Positions 56,197 to 64,000 of a stretch of DNA of 64,000 bases are shown in pieces (positions within the stretch are counted from its first letter, which is position 1; every line of letters begins with the position of its first letter). The notes under the pieces were generated by a model. It made no database searches and was not told where the DNA came from. It was given only the letters and a program-made list of their open reading frames with translations. Both the position numbers and the translations under genes were made by a program. This DNA is from Austwickia sp. (GTDB lineage: Bacteria > Actinomycetota > Actinomycetes > Actinomycetales > Dermatophilaceae), in assembly GCA_039812465.1 (NCBI GenBank), contig JBDIAS010000001.1:16206-80205 (forward strand), given 5' to 3'.

Positions 56197-56363
56197 CATC
56201 ACCGTGGGGTGACTCACGTCGGTGCGGGGTAGCTCACTCCGTACGGGTGAGTCGTCCCACGCTGACGTGTGTCACCCAAGGGTTATGTTCGCCGAGGTGA
56301 GCAAGTGAGCAGGTGAGCAGGCGAGCAGGCGAGGACGCTGAGGAGCGAGGGGTGGGCAGGCGG

Positions 56364-57944
56364 TCAGCGGCGGGGGTCGACGCCCATCCGCAGCAGACCG
56401 TACGAGACCCCGTCCACCAGCGCCAGCCAGCTGGCCTCCACGATGTTGGCCGCCACGCCGACCGTCGACCAGGACGTGTCGCCGTTCTGGTGCTCGATCA
56501 GCACGCGGGTCACCGCGTCGGTGCCGTGGCTCGCCTCCAGGATCCGTACGCGGTAGTCGATCAGCTCGATCTGGCTCAGCTCGGGATACACCTTCAGCAG
56601 CGCGTACCGCAGCGCGTGGTCGAGCGCGTTCACCGGCCCGTTCCCCTCGCCCAGCGCGACATGGCGAGAACCGCCCGCGTGGATCTTCACGCTCGCCTCG
56701 GACATCGCGGGGGCGGCGCCCAGGTGATCGGTCGTGACCCTCCAGGACTCCACGTCGAAGTAGGTCAGGTCGGCGCCGAGCTGGCGGCGCAGCAGCAGCT
56801 CGAAGGAGGCGTCCGCGGCGTCGAACGTGTAGCCGACCGCCTCGAGCGTCTTGACCTCCTCCAGGACCCGGGCCAGCAGCTCCCGGTCCTGCGTCAGGTC
56901 GAGCCCGAGCTCCCGGCCCTTCAGCTCGATGCTGGCCCGCCCCGCCATGTCGGAGACCAGCATCCGCATCTCGTTGCCGACGGCCGCCGGGTCGTGATGC
57001 TGGTAGAGGTCGCTGTCGATCTTGATCGCGCTGGCGTGCAGCCCGGCCTTGTGGGCGAAGGCGCTCGCGCCGACGTACGGCTGACGCGACGTGGGCGCGA
57101 TGTTCGTGACCTCCGCGATCGAGTGGGCGATCCGGGTGGCCTCCTGGAGGTGCTCGTCGGGGACCAGCTGCACGCCCCGCTTGAGCTGCAGGTTCGCCAG
57201 CACGGTGATGAGGTTGGCGTTGCCCGTGCGCTCCCCGTAGCCGTTGACGGTCCCCTGCACGTGGGTCGCGCCGGCCGACACGGCGGCGAGGGAGTTCGCG
57301 ACGGCGCACCCGGTGTCGTTGTGGCAGTGGATGCCGAGCCGCGCCCCGGTGGCGTCCAGCACGTCGGTGACCGCCTCGCCGACCTGGTCGGGGAGCATGC
57401 CGCCGTTGGTGTCGCAGAGGGCGACGACCTCGGCGCCGGCCTCCGCCGCGACGCGCAGCACCTCGAGCGCGTACGCGCGGTCGGTGCGGTAGCCGTCGAA
57501 GAAGTGTTCCGCGTCGAGGAAGACGCGGCGCCCCTCGCCGCGCAGGAAGGCGATCGTGTCGCGCACCATCTCCAGGTTCTCCTCGGCGGTGGTGCGCAGG
57601 GCGAGCTCCACGTGCCGGAGGTGCGACTTGGCCACGAGCGTGATCACCGGGGTCTGCGCGTTCAGCAGCGCGCGCACCTGCGGGTCGTCGGCCGCGCGGG
57701 CGCCGGCGCGGCGGGTCGCCCCGAACGCGGTCAGGGTCGCGTTGACCAGGTTCAACTCGCGCGCGGCCCGCGCGAAGAACTCGGTGTCCTTGGGGTTGGC
57801 GCCCGGCCAACCGCCCTCGATGAACCCGACGCCCAGGTCGTCCAGGTGCCGCGCGATCGCCAGCTTGTCCTCCACGGACAGGTTGAGGCCCTCTTGTTGG
57901 GCCCCGTCGCGCAGGGTGGTGTCGTAGACGTGCAGCGAGCTCAC
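56364..57944 (-). CDS. cimA: (R)-citramalate synthase (LeuA-family, long CimA type)
   Basis: VYDTTLRDGAQQEG, HCHNDTGCAVANS, GERTGNA and a C-terminal LeuA-dimer-like regulatory domain. Confidence 0.8.
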   Translation of the reverse strand: MSSLHVYDTTLRDGAQQEGLNLSVEDKLAIARHLDDLGVGFIEGGWPGANPKDTEFFARAARELNLVNATLTAFGATRRAGARAADDPQVRALLNAQTPVITLVAKSHLRHVELALRTTAEENLEMVRDTIAFLRGEGRRVFLDAEHFFDGYRTDRAYALEVLRVAAEAGAEVVALCDTNGGMLPDQVGEAVTDVLDATGARLGIHCHNDTGCAVANSLAAVSAGATHVQGTVNGYGERTGNANLITVLANLQLKRGVQLVPDEHLQEATRIAHSIAEVTNIAPTSRQPYVGASAFAHKAGLHASAIKIDSDLYQHHDPAAVGNEMRMLVSDMAGRASIELKGRELGLDLTQDRELLARVLEEVKTLEAVGYTFDAADASFELLLRRQLGADLTYFDVESWRVTTDHLGAAPAMSEASVKIHAGGSRHVALGEGNGPVNALDHALRYALLKVYPELSQIELIDYRVRILEASHGTDAVTRVLIEHQNGDTSWSTVGVAANIVEASWLALVDGVSYGLLRMGVDPRR

Positions 57945-57977
57945 GCGGCTTCTCCTGGGTCGCTCGGGCGCGGAAAC

Positions 57978-58023
57978 GGGGGCGGTCCCCGGTGGCTCGT
58001 GAGAACCACGGGACGCCGCCCCC
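57978..58023 (-). terminator. GC-rich imperfect hairpin between the EF-G2-like gene and cimA (terminator or leader structure)
   Basis: GGGGGCGGTCCCCGGTGG-(10 nt)-CCACGGGACGCCGCCCCC. Confidence 0.35.
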
Positions 58024-58082
58024 GATCCTAGGGGTAGGCCGACGACCAGGTGAGGGCCGATCCTTCCTTGGCGGCCGGTACG

Positions 58083-60197
58083 TCAGTCCTTGGACGCCAT
58101 CTGCTCGGCGGCGAGACGCTGCGGCATCTGCTCGTAGCCGATCATCTGCCGGGTGAAGGAGCCCGAACCCTGCGACAGCGACCGCAGATCCACCGCGTAG
58201 CGGGACAGCTCCAGTTGCGGGATCTCGCCCTTCACCACGGTGGTGCCGTCCTGCTCGCCCTGCTCGGTGCCCTGGAGGCGGCCGCGGCGGCTCTGCAGGT
58301 CGGTCATCACCGCGCCCACGTAATCGTCCGGGATCGTGACCTCGAGCAGGTCGATCGGCTCCAGCAGGGTGGCGACGCCGGGCTTTCCGGCCGCCTCCTT
58401 GATGGCGAGCGAGCCGGCCACCTGGAACGCGGCGTCGGAGGAGTCCACCGAGTGCGCCTTGCCGTCGAAGAGCGTGACCCGCACGTCGACCATCGGGTAA
58501 CCGGCGATGCACCCCTTCTCGAGTTGAGCGCGGATGCCCTTCTCGACCGAGGGGATGAACTGGCGCGGCACGGCCCCGCCGACCACCTTGTCGACGAACT
58601 CGAAACCGCTGCCGCGCTCGCCCGGCTCGACCTCGATGTCGCAGACCGCGAACTGGCCGTGACCGCCGGACTGCTTGACGTGCCGACCCTTGGCGCCGGA
58701 CCTCGCGATGAAGGTCTCCCGCAGGGCGATCTTCAGGGGCTCGGTCTCGACGTCGACGTTGAGCTCGTTCTTGAGCCGATCGAGGACCATGTCGAGGTGG
58801 GTCTGCCCCATCGTCCAGAGCACGACCTGCGAGGTCTCCGCGTTGTGCTCCACGCGCAGCGAGGGGTCGCCCGCGGCGAGCCGCTGCAGGGCGTTCGGCA
58901 GCTTGTCCTCGTCGGCGCGGGTGGCGGCCCGGATGGCCGCTGGCAGCAGCGCCTCCGGCATGTCCCACGGCTTGACGACGCGCGGGGTCTCCTTGTCGGA
59001 GAGGGTGTCGGAGGTGCGGGCCGCGGGCAGCTTGCCGACGACGGCGATGTCTCCCGCGATGGCCTCATCCTTCGGGCGCAGGGTGTCCCCGAGCGGGGAG
59101 CTGAGCGGGCCGATGCGGACGTCCTCGTCGTGATCCTCGTAGCCGTCGACGCCGTGGCCCGCGAGAGCGCTCATGCGGCCGGAGACGTGCACGGCCGAGT
59201 CGGGGCGCAGGGTGCCGGAGAAGACCCGGACCACCGCGACGGCGCCGACGTAGGCGTCGGAGGTGGTCTTGATCACCTCGGCGAGCAGAGGCTCGTCGGC
59301 GCCGATCGGCACCTCCGCCACGTCGGCGCCGGCCGTCGTGTAGACCGCGGGCAGGCGGCGCATGGTGGGGGGCGGGAAACCGTGCTCGATGAGGTGCGCG
59401 AGGACGTCCAGTCCGGCTCCGGTCGCCACCGAGACCGGGAGCACGGGGAAGAACGTGGCCCGGGACAGCGCGGTGAGCAGCGCGTCCTCGACGACCCCGA
59501 ACGGGATCTCCTCACCCTCCAGGTAACGGTCCAGCAGGGAATCGTCCTCGGCCTCCTGGATGATGCCTTCCATGAGCGGACCCTGGTGGGTGTCGAAGTG
59601 CGCCACGTGCTCCAGGCCGGTCTTCGCGACCGTGCGCACCTCGCCCGTGTAGTCGTGGACCTCGCCCAGCACCAGGTCGATCGTGCGGTCCAGCGAGCCC
59701 TCCTTGCCCAGCTCCGGCACGGCCAGGGGCAGCACGCTCGCCCCGAAGGCGTCCTGGCACTCGTCCAGGATCGTCTCGAAGTCGGCGCGGCCGGCGTCCA
59801 GCTTGGTGATCACCACCGCCCGCGGCTTGGAGATCTGGGCGCACTCGTGCCAGAGCCGCCGCGTGCTCGCGTCGACGCCGTCAGCGGCTGACACCACGAA
59901 CACCACCGCGTCCGCGGCGCGCAGGCCCGCCCGCAGATCTCCCACGAAGTCGGGGAAACCCGGGGTGTCGATCAGGTTGATCACCACGTCTCCGCTGGAC
60001 ACCGCGGCGATCTGCAACTGCGACGATCGCTCGTCCCCGCGCGCCGGAGGCCGGTAGCCGGGGGTGGTGGTCGTGACGAGGTGGTCGAACAGCCGCGTCT
60101 TCCCCGACCCGCTAGGGCCGACAAGGGCGACGTTGCGCAACTGCTCCGGGGCCGTCACGACCGGAGATGACGTGGTGGATGATGGTCTGCCGCTCAT
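58083..60197 (-). CDS. fusA2: Elongation factor G-like protein (EF-G2 type)
   Basis: Divergent P-loop GPSGSGKT (not AHIDAGKT), DTPG, TKLD, and EF-G domains II-V recognisable (VVKGEIPQLEL, SGGHGQFA). Confidence 0.8.
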   Translation of the reverse strand: MSGRPSSTTSSPVVTAPEQLRNVALVGPSGSGKTRLFDHLVTTTTPGYRPPARGDERSSQLQIAAVSSGDVVINLIDTPGFPDFVGDLRAGLRAADAVVFVVSAADGVDASTRRLWHECAQISKPRAVVITKLDAGRADFETILDECQDAFGASVLPLAVPELGKEGSLDRTIDLVLGEVHDYTGEVRTVAKTGLEHVAHFDTHQGPLMEGIIQEAEDDSLLDRYLEGEEIPFGVVEDALLTALSRATFFPVLPVSVATGAGLDVLAHLIEHGFPPPTMRRLPAVYTTAGADVAEVPIGADEPLLAEVIKTTSDAYVGAVAVVRVFSGTLRPDSAVHVSGRMSALAGHGVDGYEDHDEDVRIGPLSSPLGDTLRPKDEAIAGDIAVVGKLPAARTSDTLSDKETPRVVKPWDMPEALLPAAIRAATRADEDKLPNALQRLAAGDPSLRVEHNAETSQVVLWTMGQTHLDMVLDRLKNELNVDVETEPLKIALRETFIARSGAKGRHVKQSGGHGQFAVCDIEVEPGERGSGFEFVDKVVGGAVPRQFIPSVEKGIRAQLEKGCIAGYPMVDVRVTLFDGKAHSVDSSDAAFQVAGSLAIKEAAGKPGVATLLEPIDLLEVTIPDDYVGAVMTDLQSRRGRLQGTEQGEQDGTTVVKGEIPQLELSRYAVDLRSLSQGSGSFTRQMIGYEQMPQRLAAEQMASKD

Positions 60198-60337
60198 GCC
60201 TCCTCACCCTGCCTGGATGAGTGCCAGCTCACAAGCTCTTCGAGCCAGGATTCCGTGACAGATGCACCACAGACGGCGACGCGACGCCCTCGAGCGGACG
60301 CGGGGCTCGGCCCGCGGGTCAGTACGCTGGCCCCACC

Positions 60338-60955
60338 ATGCTGAACCGATTCGCGCGCGCGTTTGTCACCCGGCTCCTCACCCCCGTGGCCCGGGTGGCT
60401 TTGCGTCTGGGGCTCACCCCGGACATGGTCACCATCTTCGGAACGCTCGGCGTGTGCTTCGGAGCGCTGGCGTTCTTCCCCCGGTACGAGCTCCTGACCG
60501 GCACCCTCGTCATCGTCCTGTTCGTCTTCTCCGACACCCTCGACGGCACGATGGCTCGCCTGTCGGGGCAGACCAGCCGCTGGGGCGCCTTCCTCGACTC
60601 CACGCTCGACCGGATCGGCGACGGCGCCGTGTTCGGCGGGCTACTGCTGTGCTTCGCCGCCCGCCCCGGCGGGGAACTCACCGCCTGGTTCGCCCTCGCG
60701 TGCCTGGTCTTCGGGTTCGTGACCAGCTACGCCCGGGCACGCGCGGAGGGGCTCGGCATCACCGCGGCGCAGACGGGCATCGCCGAACGTGCCGACCGCC
60801 TCGTCGTGACGCTCGTCGCGACCGGCCTGACCGGGATCTTCGGCCTCCCGGACCTGGTCCTGACGATCACCCTGGGGCTCCTCGCGCTCGCCAGCGCGGT
60901 CACCGTCCTGCAACGGATGACGGCCGTGCGCCGCCACATCCTCTCGACCCCGTGA
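60338..60955 (+). CDS. pgsA1: Phosphatidylinositol phosphate synthase (CDP-alcohol phosphatidyltransferase)
   Basis: DTLDGTMAR-x8-GAFLDSTLDRIGD motif. Synteny with patA-pimA. Confidence 0.9.
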   Translation: MLNRFARAFVTRLLTPVARVALRLGLTPDMVTIFGTLGVCFGALAFFPRYELLTGTLVIVLFVFSDTLDGTMARLSGQTSRWGAFLDSTLDRIGDGAVFGGLLLCFAARPGGELTAWFALACLVFGFVTSYARARAEGLGITAAQTGIAERADRLVVTLVATGLTGIFGLPDLVLTITLGLLALASAVTVLQRMTAVRRHILSTP

Positions 60956-62004
60956 GCGGCCTCGCCGACCGCGCGAGCCTGGTCGCCTACCGCGCCGGCT
61001 GGCACGCCGTACGAGGGATGCCGCCGGGGGCGGCGTACGGGCTGTTCGAACGACTCGCCGACGCCGCCTACGCGCGGGACACCACCGACGTGCGGCGGCT
61101 GCGCGCCAACTACGCGCGCGTGCACCCCCACGCCGAGCCCGCCGCGCTGGAGGAGATGGTGCGCGCCGGGATGCGCTCGTACCTGAGGTACTGGTGCGAG
61201 GCCTTCCGACTTCCCGAGCTGAGCCCCGAGCAGATCGTCGCCGCGGTGCGGGAGGTGGGCACCGGCCCGGCCCGCGCCGAGCTGGCCGCGGGGCGTTCGG
61301 TCGTGTGCTTCCTCGGGCACCTGGGCAACTGGGACCTGGCGGGGGCTTGGTCGAGCATCCGGTTCGGGCCGGTCACGACCGTCGCCGAGCGGCTGCGGCC
61401 GGAGGAACTCTACGTGCAGTTCCTGGACTTCCGGGAGCGGCTCGGCATGCGGGTGCTCCCGCTCACGGGGGGCGCGCCGCCGTTCCCCCTCCTGCGCGAG
61501 ACCGTGCGCGCGGGCGGCGCGGTGGTGCCGCTCCTGGCCGACCGGGACCTGACCGCCCAGGGGGTGGGCGTGACCTTCTGCGGGCGACCCGCCCGGATGG
61601 CGGTCGGCCCCGCGGCGCTGTCGCTGGCCACGGGGGCGGCCCTGTTCCCGGTGTCGGTGCGCTACGAACCGGCTCCCCGAGCGGAGCTGCCCGGGGGGTA
61701 CCGGAGCGTGGTCACCTTCCACGATCGGGTGGAGGACCCGGGGGAGGGGATGAGCCGGCAGCGGGCCGAGGCGATGACCCAGCGCTGCGCGGACGTCCTC
61801 GGCGACGTGGTGCGCTCACACACGTACGACTGGCACATGATGCAGCGGGTGTTCACGGATGACGCCCCGAGTGAGCTGCCCGCCGCGAGCCGGGTAGACC
61901 GTGGACGCCGCGGGACGCGGGGGCGTCAGGGGAGCCGAGAGGGTCGGGGGATACGGGAGTGTCGGGGGACCCGAGAGGGACGCGGGACCCGGGGGGACGC
62001 ATGA
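60952..62004 (+). CDS. patA: Phosphatidylinositol mannoside acyltransferase (LpxL/HtrB family) with an Arg/Gly-rich C-terminal tail
   Basis: HLGNWD (HX4D) motif. GTGA overlap with pgsA1 and ATGA overlap with pimA. Confidence 0.85.
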   Translation: MSGLADRASLVAYRAGWHAVRGMPPGAAYGLFERLADAAYARDTTDVRRLRANYARVHPHAEPAALEEMVRAGMRSYLRYWCEAFRLPELSPEQIVAAVREVGTGPARAELAAGRSVVCFLGHLGNWDLAGAWSSIRFGPVTTVAERLRPEELYVQFLDFRERLGMRVLPLTGGAPPFPLLRETVRAGGAVVPLLADRDLTAQGVGVTFCGRPARMAVGPAALSLATGAALFPVSVRYEPAPRAELPGGYRSVVTFHDRVEDPGEGMSRQRAEAMTQRCADVLGDVVRSHTYDWHMMQRVFTDDAPSELPAASRVDRGRRGTRGRQGSREGRGIRECRGTREGRGTRGDA

Positions 62005-63311
62005 GGGTCGGGATCGTGTGCCCGTACAGCTTCGACGTGCCCGGCGGCGTGCAGTTCCACGTCCGCGATCTCGCCGAGGCCCTGATCTGCGGCGGTCACC
62101 ACGTCAGCGTCCTCGCGCCCGCGGAGGAGGAGACCCCGCTGCCGTCGTACGTGGTGGGGACGGGCAAGACGGTCGCTGTGCGTTATAACGGGTCCGTCGC
62201 CCGGCTCGCGTTCGGTCCGATCACCGCGGGCAAGGTGGCGCGCTGGCTGGAGACCGGCGCGTTCGACGTGGTGCACATCCACGAACCCATCGCGCCCAGC
62301 CTGTCCATCCTGGCCCTCTGGGCGGTCGAGGGCCCGACGGTCGCGACCTTCCACACCAGCTTCGTGCGCTCGCGGGCCATGCAGGCGGCCTACCCGATCG
62401 TGCGCTCCAGCATCGAGAAGATCCACGGTCGGATCGCCGTGTCCGAGGCGGCGCGGGAGACCGTTATCACGCACATCGGGGGCGATGCGGTCGTGATCCC
62501 GAACGGGGTGTTCGTGGATCGATTCGAGCAGGCGGGCCTGCGGCCGGACTGGCGGGGGACCCCGACGCAGCCGACCGTGGCCTTCCTCGGGCGGCTGGAC
62601 GAGCCGCGCAAGGGGCTGTCGGTGCTGCTGGAGGCGGTGCCGGCGCTGCGCGATCAGCATCCCGGCGTGCGGCTCCTGATCGCGGGACACGGGGACGGCG
62701 GGGCGGCCCGGGACCGGCTGGCCGCGGCGGATCGCGCCGCCCTGGAGTTTCTCGGCGGGATCAGCGACGAGGACAAGCAGTCGCTGCTGCGCAGCGTGGA
62801 CGCGTACGTCGCCCCGCACACCGGCGGCGAAAGCTTCGGCATCGTGCTGGTGGAGGCCATGGCGGCGGGCGCGCCGGTGGTGGCCAGCGACCTGCCGGCG
62901 TTCACTCGGGTGCTCGACGACGGGCGCGTCGGCGTCCAGTTCCCGGTGGGGGACGCTGCGGCGCTGGCGTCCCGGTTGGGTGGGCTGCTGGCCGACCCCG
63001 CCGGGCGGGCGCGACTCGCCGACGCGGCCCGTCGGCACGCGCAGCGCTACGACTGGTCCACCGTGGCCGCGGACGTACTCGCGGTCTACGAGACGGTGAC
63101 GGCGGGCACGGATGCCGTCGAGGGGCGGGAATCCCGGGGGTCCGGTCCGGGGTACGGGCGCGTCATCCCGCACGTCCTGCCGTTCGCGCTGGCCGGGACG
63201 TCGGCCGAGGAGCTCGGCCCGACGTCGCCGGATGGGCGTCGGGGCCAGTCGTGGCGGGAGCGGGTGCGGCGCGCCACCCGCCGGCGCTGGCCAGGAAGGA
63301 GGCAGGCGTGA
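62001..63311 (+). CDS. pimA: GDP-mannose-dependent alpha-(1-2)-phosphatidylinositol mannosyltransferase, with a C-terminal extension of about 55 aa
   Basis: MRVGIVCPYSFDVPGGVQFHV, GGESFGIVLVEAMAAG and RYDWS. Aligns by eye along its whole length to M. tuberculosis PimA. Confidence 0.9.
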   Translation: MRVGIVCPYSFDVPGGVQFHVRDLAEALICGGHHVSVLAPAEEETPLPSYVVGTGKTVAVRYNGSVARLAFGPITAGKVARWLETGAFDVVHIHEPIAPSLSILALWAVEGPTVATFHTSFVRSRAMQAAYPIVRSSIEKIHGRIAVSEAARETVITHIGGDAVVIPNGVFVDRFEQAGLRPDWRGTPTQPTVAFLGRLDEPRKGLSVLLEAVPALRDQHPGVRLLIAGHGDGGAARDRLAAADRAALEFLGGISDEDKQSLLRSVDAYVAPHTGGESFGIVLVEAMAAGAPVVASDLPAFTRVLDDGRVGVQFPVGDAAALASRLGGLLADPAGRARLADAARRHAQRYDWSTVAADVLAVYETVTAGTDAVEGRESRGSGPGYGRVIPHVLPFALAGTSAEELGPTSPDGRRGQSWRERVRRATRRRWPGRRQA

Positions 63312-63850
63312 GCGTCCTGGAGATCGTCACCCTCGTGGTGGCGGTGTTGATCGCGTTCGCCTGGTACCTGACCTATACGGCAGCGCGGCTGGACCGATTG
63401 CACACGCGGATGGAAGGTACGTACGCCGCGCTGGACGCGCAGCTCGTCCGGCGGGCCGAATCCGTGCTGGAGCTCGCCAACTCCGGCGCGCTCGATCCCG
63501 CCGGGGCGCTGATCGTCGCCGGGGCCGCCACCGACTCCCTGGAGGGCGGCGAGGTCGACCAGGCCGAGCGCGAGGCCATCGAGAGCGAGCTGACGCACGC
63601 GATCCGGTTGGTGGTCCCGCGCGCTGCGGGGGCGGGCGGGGTCGGGACGGGCGACGCTGCCACCGAGGCGACCCACCGCCTGGACGACGCGCATCAGCGG
63701 GTGGCGATGGCGCGCCGTTTCCACAACGACGCGGTGACCGACGTCCTGCGGCTGCGGCGCAACCCGCTGGTGCGGGGATTCCGGCTGGCCGGGTACACCG
63801 AGTTGCCGCGCACGGTCGAGTTCGACGACGACGTGTCCGTGCGCCGCTGA
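63308..63850 (+). CDS. Membrane-anchored hypothetical protein (weakly LemA-like)
   Basis: N-terminal TM (LEIVTLVVAVLIAFAWYL). GTG lies 5 nt after AGGAGG and overlaps the pimA stop (GTGA). Confidence 0.6.
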   Translation: MSVLEIVTLVVAVLIAFAWYLTYTAARLDRLHTRMEGTYAALDAQLVRRAESVLELANSGALDPAGALIVAGAATDSLEGGEVDQAEREAIESELTHAIRLVVPRAAGAGGVGTGDAATEATHRLDDAHQRVAMARRFHNDAVTDVLRLRRNPLVRGFRLAGYTELPRTVEFDDDVSVRR

Positions 63851-64000
63851 GCCGCGGCGCGTTTCGGACCGCCCGATGCCGTGACCCGTTGTGCCGTAGG
63901 TCGTTCCGGTCCGACACCCGATCTCTGTGCCCCGGTCTCTAGGCTCGGACCTGGGCCAGGAGCCGGAATGGGCGGTCTTTGGTGAATGACGTTCACCCAG

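Noticed and set aside
56272-59891. Long ORFs 56272..58968 (-), 56313..58031 (+) and 58050..59891 (+)
   Set aside because: They are alternative frames or antisense to cimA and the EF-G2-like gene. They have low-complexity R/G/P/D composition and no recognisable domains.

Overview
Very GC-rich (by eye about 70%, not computed) actinobacterial chromosomal DNA. It is densely coding: about 50 supportable CDS and 4 tRNAs. I found no rRNA, no CRISPR, and no transposase or integrase ORF. Many long ORFs in the six-frame track are antisense shadow ORFs.

Left third: conserved housekeeping genes. These are an XRE-HTH::MurA fusion, fadA-fadB, rnd, DUF3000, hemE, hemQ, msrB, a Prim-Pol/LigC repair pair, an alpha/beta hydrolase, PPK2, glgX, a tRNA Gly-Cys-Val cluster and a GH13 enzyme.

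Middle (21-50 kb), the most interesting part: a phenylacetate (paa) catabolic cluster (paaABCDE, PaaF-like::GNAT fusion, paaN, paaG, paaH, paaJ) with a TetR/PaaR-like regulator. A recurring palindromic operator-like motif (core GAACGTTCGGT; perfect form ACCGAACGTTCGGT) also sits in front of three neighbouring units. These are (i) an uncharacterised ferritin-like diiron protein + [2Fe-2S]-FNR reductase + WS/DGAT operon, (ii) a DUF485-ActP transporter pair, and (iii) a complete PHA cluster (phaZ, two acyl-CoA ligases, thiolase, phaC, reductase). In that cluster the depolymerase and synthase carry histone-H1/PhaF-like basic low-complexity tails, and no phasin gene is present.

Right third: tRNA-Val(CAC) with a duplicated 3' end (att-like scar), complex repeats, ndh and thrS. 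The HIT-pgsA1-patA-pimA block follows the order of M. tuberculosis Rv2614c-Rv2610c but is interrupted by a GNAT gene, cimA and an EF-G2-like gene.

Across the window there are at least eight unrelated short-period tandem arrays in intergenic DNA. Three of them are anchored exactly on a start or stop codon.

All functional calls come from motif and family recognition by eye. No database search was run.
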